Counted from the stretch's first letter, positions 44,006 through 56,732 are shown. The stretch is 64,000 nt of DNA from Anthoceros angustus (GCA_010909165.1 VJWM01000218.1:186001-250000), one strand, 5' to 3'. Notes: a model not told the origin generated them from the sequence alone. Numbers and translations are program-made.

Positions 44006-44466
44006 TTATAAATCGCCTAGGTCTCAGGCTGGTACCATGTGGAAGATGGGAAACGAGTTTGTCATCTTCAAGTTCAAAGGACGCCTACAAAGAGGACAAT
44101 TGGCTCCTCCATGTTCCACCCATTCATCAATACATGTCTTGTGAAATGTGGAGCACCTTGATAATTGTGCCGCTCTCATCACCTTGAAATCGTTAAGGCA
44201 TATGCCGCAATCGCCTCCGTTTGACAGTGATGATTCGAACTCATCGGGATACCCCAATGCTATGCGCACGATGACATAGCAATCAACACTCTAGTTTCTT
44301 GTCGAGTGACATTGAGAAAGTCGGAAGTGGAAGAGGGGTCACCGTTGCGCAGATGGAGATCCAAAGAGCGCGTGACAACGTTGAGAACGCCACATTGATG
44401 CCACGAACTAATGACTTTGCCAAAGCCACCGTACTCAAACGCAAATCAACAATGAGTACGCTGCAT
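44006..44466 (-). CDS. RING-H2 gene, copy 33
   Basis: DCGICLNDFKVMRAAQLSRCSTFHKTCIDEWVEHGGANCPLCRRPL fragment. Confidence 0.68.
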
Positions 44467-45255
44467 TGATCCTAGATTGTGGAGGTCTGTTTGTAGATGT
44501 GAAACCACCGACACCTAGTGAGCTTCCTTTCCTACCGTGATACCTTTGTATGGGCAGTGCTACATTTTATAGAGCCATTGTAGGAGATGCCAAATCCAAA
44601 GGCCAAGGAATGTTGCAATCAAACACCGAGTGGTTCGCACTAAAGTAAGACAAATGGTATCGAGAGCCAAGGAACGATTCCAATATTTCCAAATGAGGGA
44701 TCGACACCGCTGCAACACATTGAGGATGGCACCGATTGGCGGTCCGCACCCGGTTCGCCGATGACATAGCAATCAACACTCTAGTTTCTTGTCGAAAGTG
44801 ACATTGAGAAAGTCGGAAGTGGAAGAGGGGTCACCGTTGCGCAGATGGAGATCCAAAGAGCGACGCGTGACAACGCTTGAGAACGCCACATTGATGCCAC
44901 GAACTAATGACTTTGCCAAAGCCACCGTACTCAAACGCAAATCAACAATGAGTACGCATTGATCCTAGATTGTGGAGGTGCTGTAGATGTGAAACCACCG
45001 ACACCTAGTGAGCTTCCTTTCCTACCGTGATACCTTTGTATGGGCAGTGCTACATTTTATAGAGCCATTGTAGGAGATGCCAAATCCAAAGGCCAAGGAA
45101 TGTTGCAATCAAACACCGAGTGGTTCGCACTAAAGTAAGACAAATGGTATCGAGAGCCAAGGAACGATTCCAATATTTCCAAATGAGGGATCGACACCGC
45201 TGCAACACATTGAGGATGGCACCGGATTGGCGGTCCGCACCGCCCGCCGCCGCTG
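44271..45255. repeat. ~490-bp internal tandem duplication in unit 33 (proximal promoter + TATA + 5' half of the RING ORF)
   Basis: atgacatagcaatcaac...ggcggtccgcac occurs at 44271-44760 and again from 44761; the unit is ~1.88 kb long. Confidence 0.9.
44761..44959 (-). pseudogene. Extra 5' half of the RING gene (no RING domain), created by the duplication
   Basis: ATG landmark at 44957-44959; after ...VLIAMSS the frame runs into promoter sequence. Confidence 0.6.
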
Positions 45256-45881
45256 ATGATGAGTATGCGCCCGCCACGTGGTGGCCAAGTGAATTGCGAA
45301 TTGCGTGAGGTTGTTGACTTGCCCGATACACGAGGTGCCGGGCGATAGCGGACGGCCAACCCGGTAATGTTTGGTTAAGTCGAATTTGGTGCTCGCCGGA
45401 AGATGAGGCATCGCTCACAAGCCACGCCGGTAGGCACGGCCGGCACTCATGACTCCGGTGCCGATGGTGCGTCGGGACTCGACCCCTCGCGAATCGTCAA
45501 CTTACCGCGACGGAATACGCGTGCCGGTTGGCCGACGCCTCGGGCGCCGGACTCCGGTCGGACGGAACGACGGACGCTTACGTAGTGCGGCGGCGCGCAA
45601 GGTTGCATCATTTGGCACTCGGTTGTCGAATCGACCCAACGACGATCGCCGCGACGCCAATTCACGTGAACCGGATTTAAAGGATGCCGTGGTTGCTCGA
45701 CTATCGGCGATTCTTCAAGAAAGAAATGGAATTTTTGAGTGTCCACTTCAATACATGTCTTGTGAAATGCAACTTGATACAAAGTTTATTACAATCGATT
45801 GTATTATACATGTGAAGTCAACTTTCACGGTCCACCCTAGGCAAGGTCTAAAACCCCAACATTTTGTACGCTTATGTTGCG

Positions 45882-46350
45882 TTATAAATCGCCTAGGTCT
45901 CGGTACCATGTGGAAGATGGGAAACGAGTTTGTCATCTTCAAGTTCAAAGGACGCCTACAAAGAGGACAGTTGGCTCCTCCATGTTCCACCCATTCATCA
46001 ATACATGTCTTGTGAAATGTGTGGGAGCACCTTGATAATTGTCGCTTCCTCATCACCTTGAAATCGTTAAGGCATATCGCAATCGCTCTCCTGTTCTTGA
46101 CAGTGATGATTCGAACTCATCGTGAGGATACCCCAATTTATTTGGTGGCGCGATGACATAGCAATCAACACTCTAGTTTCTTGTCGAGTGACATTGAGAA
46201 AGTCGGAAGTGGAAGAGGGGTCACCGGTTGCGCAGATGGAGATCCAAAGAGCGCACGTGACAACGTTGAGAACGCCACATTGATGCCACGAACTAATGAC
46301 TTTGCCAAAGCCACCGTGCTCAAACGCAAATCAACAATGAGTACGCGCAT
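45882..46350 (-). CDS. RING-H2 gene, copy 34
   Basis: RQLSRCSHTFHKTCIDEWVEHGGANCPLCRRPL and MRVLIVDLR fragments. Confidence 0.7.
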
Positions 46351-47252
46351 TGATCCTAGATTGTGGAGGTGCTGTAGATGTGAAACCACCGACACCTAGT
46401 GAGCTTCCTTTCCTGCGGATACCTTTGTATGGGCAGTGTGCTACATTTTATAGAGCCATTGTAGGAGATGCCAAATCCAAAGGCCAAGGAATGTTGCAAT
46501 CAAACACCGAGTGGTTCGCACCAAAGTAAGACAAATGGTATCGAGAGCCAAGGAACGATTCCAATATTTCCAAATGAGGGATCGACACGGCAACACATTG
46601 AGGATGGCACCGGATTGGCGGTCCGCACCGCGCTGGCGATGATGAGTATGCGATGCACGCGTGGTGGCCAAGTGAATTGCGAATTGCGTGAGGTTGTTGA
46701 CTTGCCCGATACACGAGGTCGGGCGATAGCGGACGGTCAACCCGGTAATGTTTGGTTAAGTCGAATTTGGTGCTCCCGCCTAAGATGAGGCATCGTTCAC
46801 AAGCCACGTCGGTAGGCACGGCCGTGCACTCATGACTCCGGTGCGATGGTGCGTCGGGACTCCGACCCTCGCGAATCGTCAACTTACCGGGCGCTCGGAA
46901 TACACGCTGGCCGACGCCTCGGCGCCGGACTCCGGTCGGGCGATAGCGGACGGCCAGACGCTTGGCGAGTGCGGCGCCGCAAGGTTGCATCATTTGGCAC
47001 TCGCCGAATCGACCCAACGACGGACGCCAATTCACGGAACCGGATTTAAAGGATGCCGTGGTTGCTCGACTATCGGCGATTCTTCAAGAAAGAAATGGAA
47101 TTTTTGAGTGTCCACTTCAATACATGTCTTGTGAAATGCGCAACTTGATACAAAGTTTATTACAATCGATTGTATTATACATGTGAAGTCAACTTTCACG
47201 GTCCACCCTAGGCAAGGTCTAAAACCCCAACATTTTGTACGCTTATGTTGCG

Positions 47253-47711
47253 TTATAAATCGCTTAGGTCCATGTGGAAGATGGGAAACGAGTTTGTCAT
47301 CTTCAAGTTCAAAGGACGCCTACAAAGAGGACATTGGCTCCTCCATGTTCCACCCATTCATCAATACATGTCTTGTGAAATGTGTGGAGCACCTTGATAA
47401 TTGTGCTTCCTCATCACCTTGAAATCGTTAAGGCATATGCAATCGCTCTCCGTTCTTGACAGTGATGATTCGAACTCATCGGGATACCCCCTAAAGCATT
47501 TTGGCGGCACGATGACATAGCAATCAACACTCTAGTTTCTTGTCGAGTGACATTGAGAAAGTCGGAAGTGGAAGAGGGGTCACCGGTTGCGCAGATGGAG
47601 ATCCAAAGAGCGCGCGTGACAACGCGTTGAGAACGCCACATTGATGCCACGAACTAATGACTTTGCCAAAGCCACCGTACTCAAACGCAAATCAACAATG
47701 AGTACGCGCAT
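47253..47711 (-). CDS. RING-H2 gene, copy 35
   Basis: ALWISICATGDPSSTSDFLNVTRQETRVLIAMSS fragment; RING core. Confidence 0.65.
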
Positions 47712-48624
47712 TGATCCTAGATTGTGGAGGTGCTGCAATCAGAGATGTGAAACCACCGACACCTAGTGAGCTTCCTTTCCTACCGTGATACCTTTGTATG
47801 GGCAGTGCTACATTTTATAGAGCCATTGTAGGAGATGCCAAATCCAAAGGCCAAGGAATGTTGCAATCAAACACCGAGTGGTTCGCACTAAAGTAAGACA
47901 AATGGTATCGAGAGCCAAGGAACGATTCCAATATTTCCAAATGAGGGGATCGACACCGCTGCAACATTGAGGATGGCACCGATTGGCGGTCCGCACCGGT
48001 TCCGCGATGATGAGTATGCGATGCACGCGTGGTGGCCAAGTGAATGGAATTGCGTGAGGTTGTTGACTTGCCCGATACACGAGGTCGGGCGATAGCGGGG
48101 CGTCAACCCGGTAATGTTTGGTTAAGTCGAATTTGGTGCTCCCCGGAAGATGAGGCATCGCTCACAAGCCACGCCGGTAGGCACGGCCGCCGGTGCACTC
48201 ATGACTCCGGTGCCGATGGTGCGCCGACTCGACCGCGAATCGTCAACTTACCGGCGCACTCGGAATACGCGTGCGGTTGGCCGACGCCTCGGGCGCCGGA
48301 CTCCGGTCGGGCGATAGCGGACGCTTGGCGGTGGCGCCGCAAGGTTGCATCATTTGGCACTCGGTTCGTCGAACCGACCCAACGACCGATCGCCGCGACG
48401 CCAATTCACGTGAACCGGATTTAAAGGATGCCGTGGTTGCTCGACTATCGCGATTCTTCAAGAAAGAAATGGAATTTTTGAGTGTCCACTTCAATACATG
48501 TCTTGTGAAATGCAACTTGATACAAAGTTTATTACAATCGATTGTATTATACATGTGAAGTCAACTTTCACGGTCCACCCTAGGCAAGGTCTAAAACCCC
48601 AACATTTTGTACGCTTATGTTGCG

Positions 48625-49085
48625 TTATAAATCGCCTAGGTCATGGTACCATGTGGAAGATGGGAAACGAGTTTGTCATCTTCAAGTTCAAAGGACGCTA
48701 CAAAGAGGACAGTTGGCTCCTCCATGTTCCACCCATTCATCAATACATGTCTTGTGAAATGTGGGAGCACCTTGATAATTGTGCCCTTCCTCATCACTTG
48801 AAATCGTTAAGGCATATGCTGTCGCTCTCCTGTTCTTGGCAGTGATGATTCAACTCATCGGGGATACCCCAATTTGCTTAGTGGCGCTGATGACATAGCA
48901 ATCAACACTCTAGTTTCTTGTCGAGTGACATTGAGAAAGTCGGAAGTGGAAGAGGGGTCACCGTTGCGCAGATGGAGATCCAAAGAGCGCACGTGACAAC
49001 GCTGAGAACGTCACATTGATGCCACGAACTAATGACTTTGCCAAAGCCACCGTGACTCAAACGCAAATCAACAATGAGTACGCAT
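48625..49085 (-). CDS. RING-H2 gene, copy 36
   Basis: Landmarks and RING core. Confidence 0.62.
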
Positions 49086-50012
49086 TGATCCTAGATTGTG
49101 GAGGTGCTGCAACACCAGATGTGAAACCACCGACACCTAGTGAGCTTCCTTTCCTCGTGATACCTTTGTATGGGCAGTGCTACATTTTATAGAGCCATTG
49201 TAGGAGATGCCAAATCCAAAGGCCAAGGAATGTTGCAATCAAACACCGAGTGGTTCGCACCAAAGTAAGACAAATGGTATCGAGAGCCAAGGAACGATTC
49301 CAATATTTCCAAATGAGGGATCGACACCGCAACACATTGAGGATGGCACCGGATTGGCGGTCCGCACCGGTTCGCGATGATGAGTATGCGATGCCCACGT
49401 GGTGGCCAAGTGAATTGCGAATTGCGTGAGGTTGTTGACTTGCCCGATACACGAGGTGTCGAGAATGAGACGGCCAACCCGGTAATGTTTGGTTAAGTCG
49501 AATTTGGTGCTCGCCCGGAAGATGAGGCATCGCTCACAAGCCACGCCGGTAGGCACGCCGGTAGGCACGCCGGCACTCATGACTCCGGGTGCCGATGGTG
49601 CGTCGGGACTCCGACCCCTCGCGAATCGTCAACTTACCGCGCACTCGGAATACGCGTGCGGTTGGCCGACGCCTCGGGCGCCGGACTCCGGAGTCGGACG
49701 GAACGACGGACGCTTGGCCAAGGGTTGGTTGCATCATTTGGCACTCGGTTCGTCGAATCGACCCAACGACCGATCGCCGCGGACGCCAATTCACGTGAAC
49801 CGGATTTAAAGGATGCCGTGGTTGCTCGACTATCGGCGATTCTTCAAGAAAGAAATGGAATTTTTGAGTGTCCACTTCAATACATGTCTTGTGAAATGCG
49901 CAACTTGATACAAAGTTTATTACAATCGATTGTATTATACATGTGAAGTCAACTTTCACGGTCCACCCTAGGCAAGGTCTAAAACCCCAACATTTTACGC
50001 TTATGTTATGCG

Positions 50013-50481
50013 TTATAAATCGCCTAGGTCTGGTGGTACCATGTGGAAGATGGGAAACGAGTTTGTCATCTTCAAGTTCAAAGGACGTCTACAAAGAGGA
50101 CATTGGCTCCTCCATGTTCCACCCATTCATCAATACATGTCTTGTGAAATGTGTGGAGCACCTTGATAATTGTCTTCCTTCCTCATCACCTTGAAATCGT
50201 TAAGGCATATGCCGCAATCGCTCTCCGCATTCTTGACAGTGATGATTCAACTCATCGGGGATACCCCAATTTGTTTGGTCACGATGACATAGCAATCAAC
50301 ACTCTAGTTTCTTGTCGAGTGACATTGAGAAAGTCGGAAGTGGAAGAGGGGTCACCGGTTGCGCAGATGGAGATCCAAAGAGCGCACGTGACAACGCGTT
50401 GAGAACGTCACATTGATGCCACGAACTAATGACTTTGCCAAAGCCACCGTACTCAAACGCAAATCAACAATGAGTACGCAT
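50013..50481 (-). CDS. RING-H2 gene, copy 37
   Basis: Landmarks and RING core. Confidence 0.62.
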
Positions 50482-51403
50482 TGATCCTAGATTGTGGAGG
50501 TCAATTTGTAGATGTGAAACCACCGACACCTAGTGAGCTTCCTTTCCTCTTGTGATACCTTTGTATGGGCAGTGCTACATTTTATAGAGCCATTGTAGGA
50601 GATGCCAAATCCAAAGGCCAAGGAATGTTGCAATCAAACACCGAGTGGTTCGCACCAAAGTAAGACAAATGGTATCGAGAGCCAAGGAACGATTCCAATA
50701 TTTCCAAATGAGGGATCGACACGCGGCAACACATTGAGGATGGCACCGGATTGGCGGTCCGCACCCGCCGATGATGAGTATGCGATGCCGCGTGGTGGCC
50801 AAGTGAATTGCGAATTGCGTGAGGTTGTTGACTTGCCCGATACACGAGGTCGGCGATAGCGGACGGTCAACCCGGTAATGTTTGGTTAAGTCGAATTTGG
50901 TGCTCTGCCGGAAGATGAGGCATCGTTCACAAGCCACGTCGGTGCATGCGGTGCGGTGCACTCATGACTCCGGGTGCCGATGGTGCGTCGGGACTCACCC
51001 CGCGAATCGTCAACTTACCGCGCACTCGGGAATACGCGTGCGGTTGGCCGACGCTCTCGGGCGCCGGACTCCCGGTCGGACGGAACGACGGACGCTTGGC
51101 AGTCTTGGCAGCGCCGCAGGTTGCATCATTTGGCACTCGGTTCGTCGAATCGACCCAACGACCGATCGCTCGCGACGCCAATTCACGTGAACCGGATTTA
51201 AAGGATGCCGTGGTTGCTCGACTATCGCGATTCTTCAAGAAAGAAATGGAATTTTTGAGTGTCCACTTCAATACATGTCTTGTGAAATGCGCAACTTGAT
51301 ACAAAGTTTATTACAATCGATTGTATTATACATGTGAAGTCAACTTTCACGGTCCACCCTAGGCAAGGTCTAAAACCCCAACATTTTGTACGCTTATGTT
51401 GCG

Positions 51404-51869
51404 TTATAAATCGCCTAGGTCTGGTACCATGTGGAAGATGGGAAACGAGTTTGTCATCTTCAAGTTCAAAGGACGTCTACAAAGAGGACAGTTGGCTCCT
51501 CCATGTTCCACCCATTCATCAATACATGTCTTGTGAAATGTGGAGCACCTTGATAATTGTCGCTTCCTCATCACCTTGAAATCGTTAAGGCATATGCTGC
51601 AATCGCTCTCCTTCTTGACGGTGATGATTCGAACTCATCGGCGGGATACCCCAGCAATTTGTTAGGCGCCGATGACATAGCAATCAACACTCTAGTTTCT
51701 TGTCGGTGACATTGAGAAAGTCGGAAGTGGAAGAGGGGTCACCGGTTGCGCAGATGGAGATCCAAAGAGCGCACGTGACAACGCGTTGAGAACGCCACAT
51801 TGATGCCACGAACTAATGACTTTGCCAAAGCCACCGTACTCAAACGCAAATCAACAATGAGTGCAGCAT
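51404..51869 (-). CDS. RING-H2 gene, copy 38
   Basis: Landmarks and RING core. Confidence 0.62.
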
Positions 51870-52799
51870 TGATCCTAGATTGTGGAGGTCTTTGCGGTAT
51901 AGATGTGAAACCACGACACCTAGTGAGCTTCCTTTCCTCGTGATACCTTTGTATGGGCAGTGCTACATTTTATAGAGCCATTGTAGGAGATGCCAAATCC
52001 AAAGGCCAAGGAATGTTGCAATCAAACACCGAGTGGTTCGCACCAAAGTAAGACAAATGGTATCGAGAGCCAAGGATTCCAATATTTCCAAATGAGGGAT
52101 CGACACGCGGCAACACATTGAGGATGGCACCGGATTGGCGGTCCGCGCGGTTCCCGATGATGAGTATGCGATGCACGTGGTGGCCAAGTGAATTGCGGAA
52201 TTGCGTGAGGTTGTTGACTTGCCCGATACACGAGGTGCTGGGCGATAGCGGGACGGTCAACCCGGGGTAATGTTTGGTTAAGTCGAATTTGGTGCTCCTG
52301 CCCGGAAGATGAGGCATCGTTCACAAGCCACGTCGGTAGGCACGGCTGCCGGTGCACTCATGACTCCCGGGTGCCGATGGTGCGTCGGGACTCCCGACCC
52401 CTCGCGAATGCGTCAACTTACCGGCGCACTCGGGAATACGCGTGCCGGTTGGCCGACGCTCTCGGGGCGCCGGGACTCCCGGGGTCGGACGGACGCTTGG
52501 CGAGTGCGGCGGCGCCGCAAGGTTGCATCATTTGGCACTCGGTTCGTCGACCCAACGACCGATCGCCGCGACGCCAATTCACGTGAACCGGATTTAAAGG
52601 ATGCCGTGGTTGCTCGACTATCGCGATTCTTCAAGAAAGAAATGGAATTTTTGAGTGTCCACTTCAATACATGTCTTGTGAAATGCGCAACTTGATACAA
52701 AGTTTATTACAATCGATTGTATTATACATGTGAAGTCAACTTTCACGGTCCACCCTAGGCAAGGTCTAAAACCCCAACATTTTGTACGCTTATGTTGCG

Positions 52800-53273
52800 T
52801 TATAAATCGCCTAGTCATCTTGGCTGGTACCATGTGGAAGATGGGAAAGCAGTTTGTCATCTTCAAGTTCAAAGGACGTCTACAAAGAGGACAGTTGGCT
52901 CCTCCATGTTCCACCCATTCATCAATACATGTCTTGTGAAATGTGGGAGCACCTTGATAATTGTCGCTTCCTCATCACCTTGAAATCGTTAAGGCATATG
53001 CCGCAATCGCTCTCCTCTTGTGGTGATGATTCAACTCATCGGGATACCCCCCCAGCAATTTATTTGGTGGCGCTGATGACATAGCAATCAACACTCTAGT
53101 TTCTTGTCGAGTGACATTGAGAAAGTCGGAAGTGGAAGAGGGGTCACCGGTTGCAGATGGAGATCCAAAGAGCGCGCGTGACAACGTTGAGAACGCGTCA
53201 CATTGATGCCACGAACTAATGACTTTGCCAAAGCCACCGTACTCAAACGCAAATCAACAATGAGTACGCGCAT
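52800..53273 (-). CDS. RING-H2 gene, copy 39
   Basis: ORF from 53273 (MRVLIVDLR...); EHGGANCPLCRRPL fragment. Confidence 0.68.
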
Positions 53274-54179
53274 TGATCCTAGATTGTGGAGGTCTGTAGA
53301 TGTGAAACCACCGACACCTAGTGAGCTTCCTTTCCTCTTGTGATACCTTTGTATGGGCAGTGCTACATTTTATAGAGCCATTGTAGGAGATGCCAAATCC
53401 AAAGGCCAAGGAATGTTGCAATCAACACCGAGTGGTTCGCACCAAAGTAAGACAAATGGTATCGAGAGCCAAGGAACGATTCCAATATTTCCAAATGAGG
53501 GATCGACACCGGCAACACATTGAGGATGGCACCGGATTGGCGGTCCGCACCGTTCCTACGATGATGAGTATGCGATGCACGCGTGGTGGCCAAGTGAATT
53601 GCGGAATTGCGTGAGGTTGTTGACTTGCCCGATACACGAGGTCTTTGGCGATAGCGGACGGTCAACCCGGGTAATGTTTGGTTAAGTCGAATTTGGTGCT
53701 CGCCGGAAGATGAGGCATCGCTCACAAGCCACGTCGGTAGGCGTGCACTCATGACTCCGGGTGCCGATGGTGCGTCGGGACTCCGACCCCTCGCGAATCG
53801 TCAACTTACCGCGCACTCGGGAATACGCGTGCGGTTGGCCGACGCCTCGGGCGCCGGACTCCGGTCGGACGGACGCTTGGCGAGTGCGGCGGCGCCGCAA
53901 GGTTGCATCATTTGGCACTCGGTTCGTCGACCCAACGACCGATCGCCGCGACGCCAATTCACGTGAACCGGATTTAAAGGATGCCGTGGTTGCTCGACTA
54001 TCGCGATTCTTCAAGAAAGAAATGGAATTTTTGAGTGTCCACTTCAATACATGTCTTGTGAAATGCGCAACTTGATACAAAGTTTATTACAATCGATTGT
54101 ATTATACATGTGAAGTCAACTTTCACGGTCCACCCTAGGCAAGGTCTAAAACCCCAACATTTTGTACGCTTATGTTGCG

Positions 54180-54644
54180 TTATAAATCGCCTAGGTCTGC
54201 GGTACCATGTGGAAGATGGGAAACGAGTTTGTCATCTTCAAGTTCAAAGGACGCCTACAAAGAGGACAGTTGGCTCCTCCATGTTCCACCCATTCATCAA
54301 TACATGTCTTGTGAAATGTGTGGGAGCACCTTGATAATTGTCGCTTCCTCATCACCTTGAAATCGTTAAGGCATATGCCGCAATCGCTCTCGTTCTTGAC
54401 AGTGATGATTCAAACTCATCGGGATACCCCCAAGCTTTGGTGGCGCGATGACATAGCAATCAACACTCTAGTTTCTTGTCGAGTGACATTGAGAAAGTCG
54501 GAAGTGGAAGAGGGGTCACCGTTGCGCAGATGGAGATCCAAAGAGCGCACGTGACAACGTTGAGAACGTCACATTGATGCCACGAACTAATGACTTTGCC
54601 AAAGCCACCGTACTCAAACGCAAATCAACAATGAGTACGCGCAT
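54180..54644 (-). CDS. RING-H2 gene, copy 40
   Basis: Landmarks and RING core. Confidence 0.65.
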
Positions 54645-55484
54645 TGATCCTAGATTGTGGAGGTGCTGTAGATGTGAAACCACCGACACCTAGTGAGCTT
54701 CCTTTCCTCGTGATACCTTTGTATGGGCAGTGCTACATTTTATAGAGCCATTGTAGGAGATGCCAAATCCAAAGGCCAAGGAATGTTGCAATCAAACACC
54801 GAGTGGTTCGCACCAAAGTAAGACAAATGGTATCGAGAGCCAAGGAACGATTCCAATATTTCCAAATGAGGGATCGACACCGGCAACACATTGAGGATGG
54901 CACCGGATTGGCGGTCCGCACCGTTCCTACGATGATGAGTATGCGATCGCCACGTGGTGGCCAAGTGAATTGCGAATTGCGTGAGGTTGTTGACTTGCCC
55001 GATACACGAGGTGCCGGGCGATAGCGGACGGTCAACCCGGTAATGTTTGGTTAAGTCGAATTTGGTGCTCGCCGGAAGATGAGGCATCGCTCACAAGCCA
55101 CGTCGGTAGGCGTGCACTCATGACTCCCGGGTGCCGATGGTGCGTCGGGACTCCCGACCCCTCGCGAATGCGTCAACTTACCGGCGCACTCGGGAATACG
55201 CGTGCCGGTTGGCCGACGCTCTCGGGGCGCCGGGACTCCCGGGGTCGGACGGAACGACGGGACGCTTGGCCAGAGTGCGGCGGCGCCGCAAGGTTGCATC
55301 ATTTGGCACTCGGTTCGTCGAACTGACCCAACGACCAGATCGCTCGCGGACGCCAATTCACGTGAACCGGATTTAAAGGATGCCGTGGTTGCTCGACTAT
55401 CGGCGATTCTTCGAAGAAAGAAATGGAATTTTTTGAGTGTCCACTTCAATACATGTCTTGTGAAATGCGCAACTTGATACAAAG

Positions 55485-55490
55485 TTTATT
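55485..55490 (-). terminator. Poly(A) signal AATAAA with flanking TGTA motifs (equivalent in nearly all units)
   Basis: Plus-strand tttatt ~92 bp downstream of the TAA; the minus-strand context is tgtataatacaatcgattgtAATAAActttgtatc. Confidence 0.6.
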
Positions 55491-55581
55491 ACAATCGATT
55501 GTATTATACATGTGAAGTCAACTTTCACGGTCCACCCTAGGCAAGGTCTAAAACCCCAACATTTTATGCGCTTATGTTGCG

Positions 55582-56049
55582 TTATAAATCGCCTAGGTCT
55601 CTGGTACCATGTGGAAGATGGGAAACGAGTTTGTCATCTTCAAGTTCAAAGGACGTCTACAAAGAGGACAATTGGCTCCTCCATGTTCCACCCATTCATC
55701 AATACATGTCTTGTGAAATGTGGGAGCACCTTGATAATTGTGCTTCCTCATCACCTTGAAATCGTTAAGGCATATGCTGCAATCGCTCTCCGTTCTTGAC
55801 AGTGATGATTCGAAACTCATCGGGATACCCCCCAATTATTTGGTGGCGCGATGACATAGCAATCAACACTCTAGTTTCTTGTCGAGTGACATTGAGAAAG
55901 TCGGAAGTGGAAGAGGGGTCCTTTGGTTGCGCAGATGGAGATCCAAAGAGCGCACGTGACAACGTTGAGAACGTCACATTGATGCCACGAACTAATGACT
56001 TTGCCAAAGCCACCGTACTCAAACGCAAATCAACAATGAGTACGCGCAT
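55582..56049 (-). CDS. RING-H2 gene, copy 41 (reference copy for the regulatory calls)
   Basis: ESDCSICLNDFK...FHKTCIDEWVEHGGANCPLCRRPL and MRVLIVDLR fragments. Confidence 0.72.
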
Positions 56050-56147
56050 TGATCCTAGATTGTGGAGGTGCTGCATGTAGATGTGAAACCACCGACACCT
56101 AGTGAGCTTCCTTTCCTCGTGATACCTTTGTATGGGCAGTGTGCTAC

Positions 56148-56156
56148 ATTTTATAG
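56148..56156 (-). promoter_or_regulatory. TATA box CTATAAAAT (equivalent in nearly all units)
   Basis: Plus-strand attttatag ~100 bp upstream of the ATG; matches the plant TATA consensus. Confidence 0.7.
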
Positions 56157-56356
56157 AGCCATTGTAGGAGATGCCAAATCCAAAGGCCAAGGAATGTTGC
56201 AATCAAACACCGAGTGGTTCGCACCAAAGTAAGACAAATGGTATCGAGAGCCAAGGAACGATTCCAATATTTCCAAATGAGGGATCGACACCGCGCAACA
56301 CATTGAGGATGGCACCGGATTGGCGGTCCGCACCGGCCCGATGATGAGTATGCACC

Positions 56357-56365
56357 GCCACGTGG
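56357..56365. promoter_or_regulatory. G-box/ABRE-like GCCACGTGG
   Basis: ~200 bp upstream of the TATA box; written gcacgcgtgg in some copies. Confidence 0.35.
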
Positions 56366-56732
56366 TGGCCAAGTGAATTGCGAATTGCGTGAGGTTGTTG
56401 ACTTGCCCGATACGAGGTGCCGGGCGATAGCGGACGGCCAACCCGGTAATGTTTGGTTAAGTCGAATTTGGTGCTCCCGCCGGAAGATGAGGCATCGTTC
56501 ACAAGCCACGCCGGTAGGCACGGCCGCCGTGCACTCATGACTCCGGTGCCGATGGTGCGTCGGGACTCACCCCACGCGCTGCCCAATCGCGACTGAACAC
56601 GTTGCTGGCCGACGCCTTGGCGCCGGACTCGGCTCCGGACGAACGACGGACGCTTGGCGTGCGCGCCGCAAGGTTGCATCATTTGGCACTCGGTTCGAAT
56701 CGACCCAACGACCGGATCGCTCGCGACGCCAA

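Noticed and set aside
52414-52424. Perfect splice donor G/GTAAGT on the minus strand (plus strand acttacc) in the spacer
   Set aside because: It lies far upstream of the TATA box, with no supported upstream exon or matching acceptor; a 7-mer can occur by chance.
55510-55600. Helitron-type 3' end (hairpin followed by CTAG) as the cause of tandem amplification
   Set aside because: CTAG motifs are present, but there is no GC-rich 16-20-nt hairpin ~11 nt upstream, no clear CTRR/TC junction and no Rep/helicase.
56144-56521. Recurrent minus-strand ORF ending ...RSLIWKYWNRSLALDTICLTLVRTTRCLIATFLGLWIWHLLQWLYKM*
   Set aside because: It recurs only because the DNA is repeated, has no consistent start or recognisable domain, and ends on the TATA box of the RING gene. 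Treated as promoter sequence, although a small membrane peptide cannot be strictly excluded.
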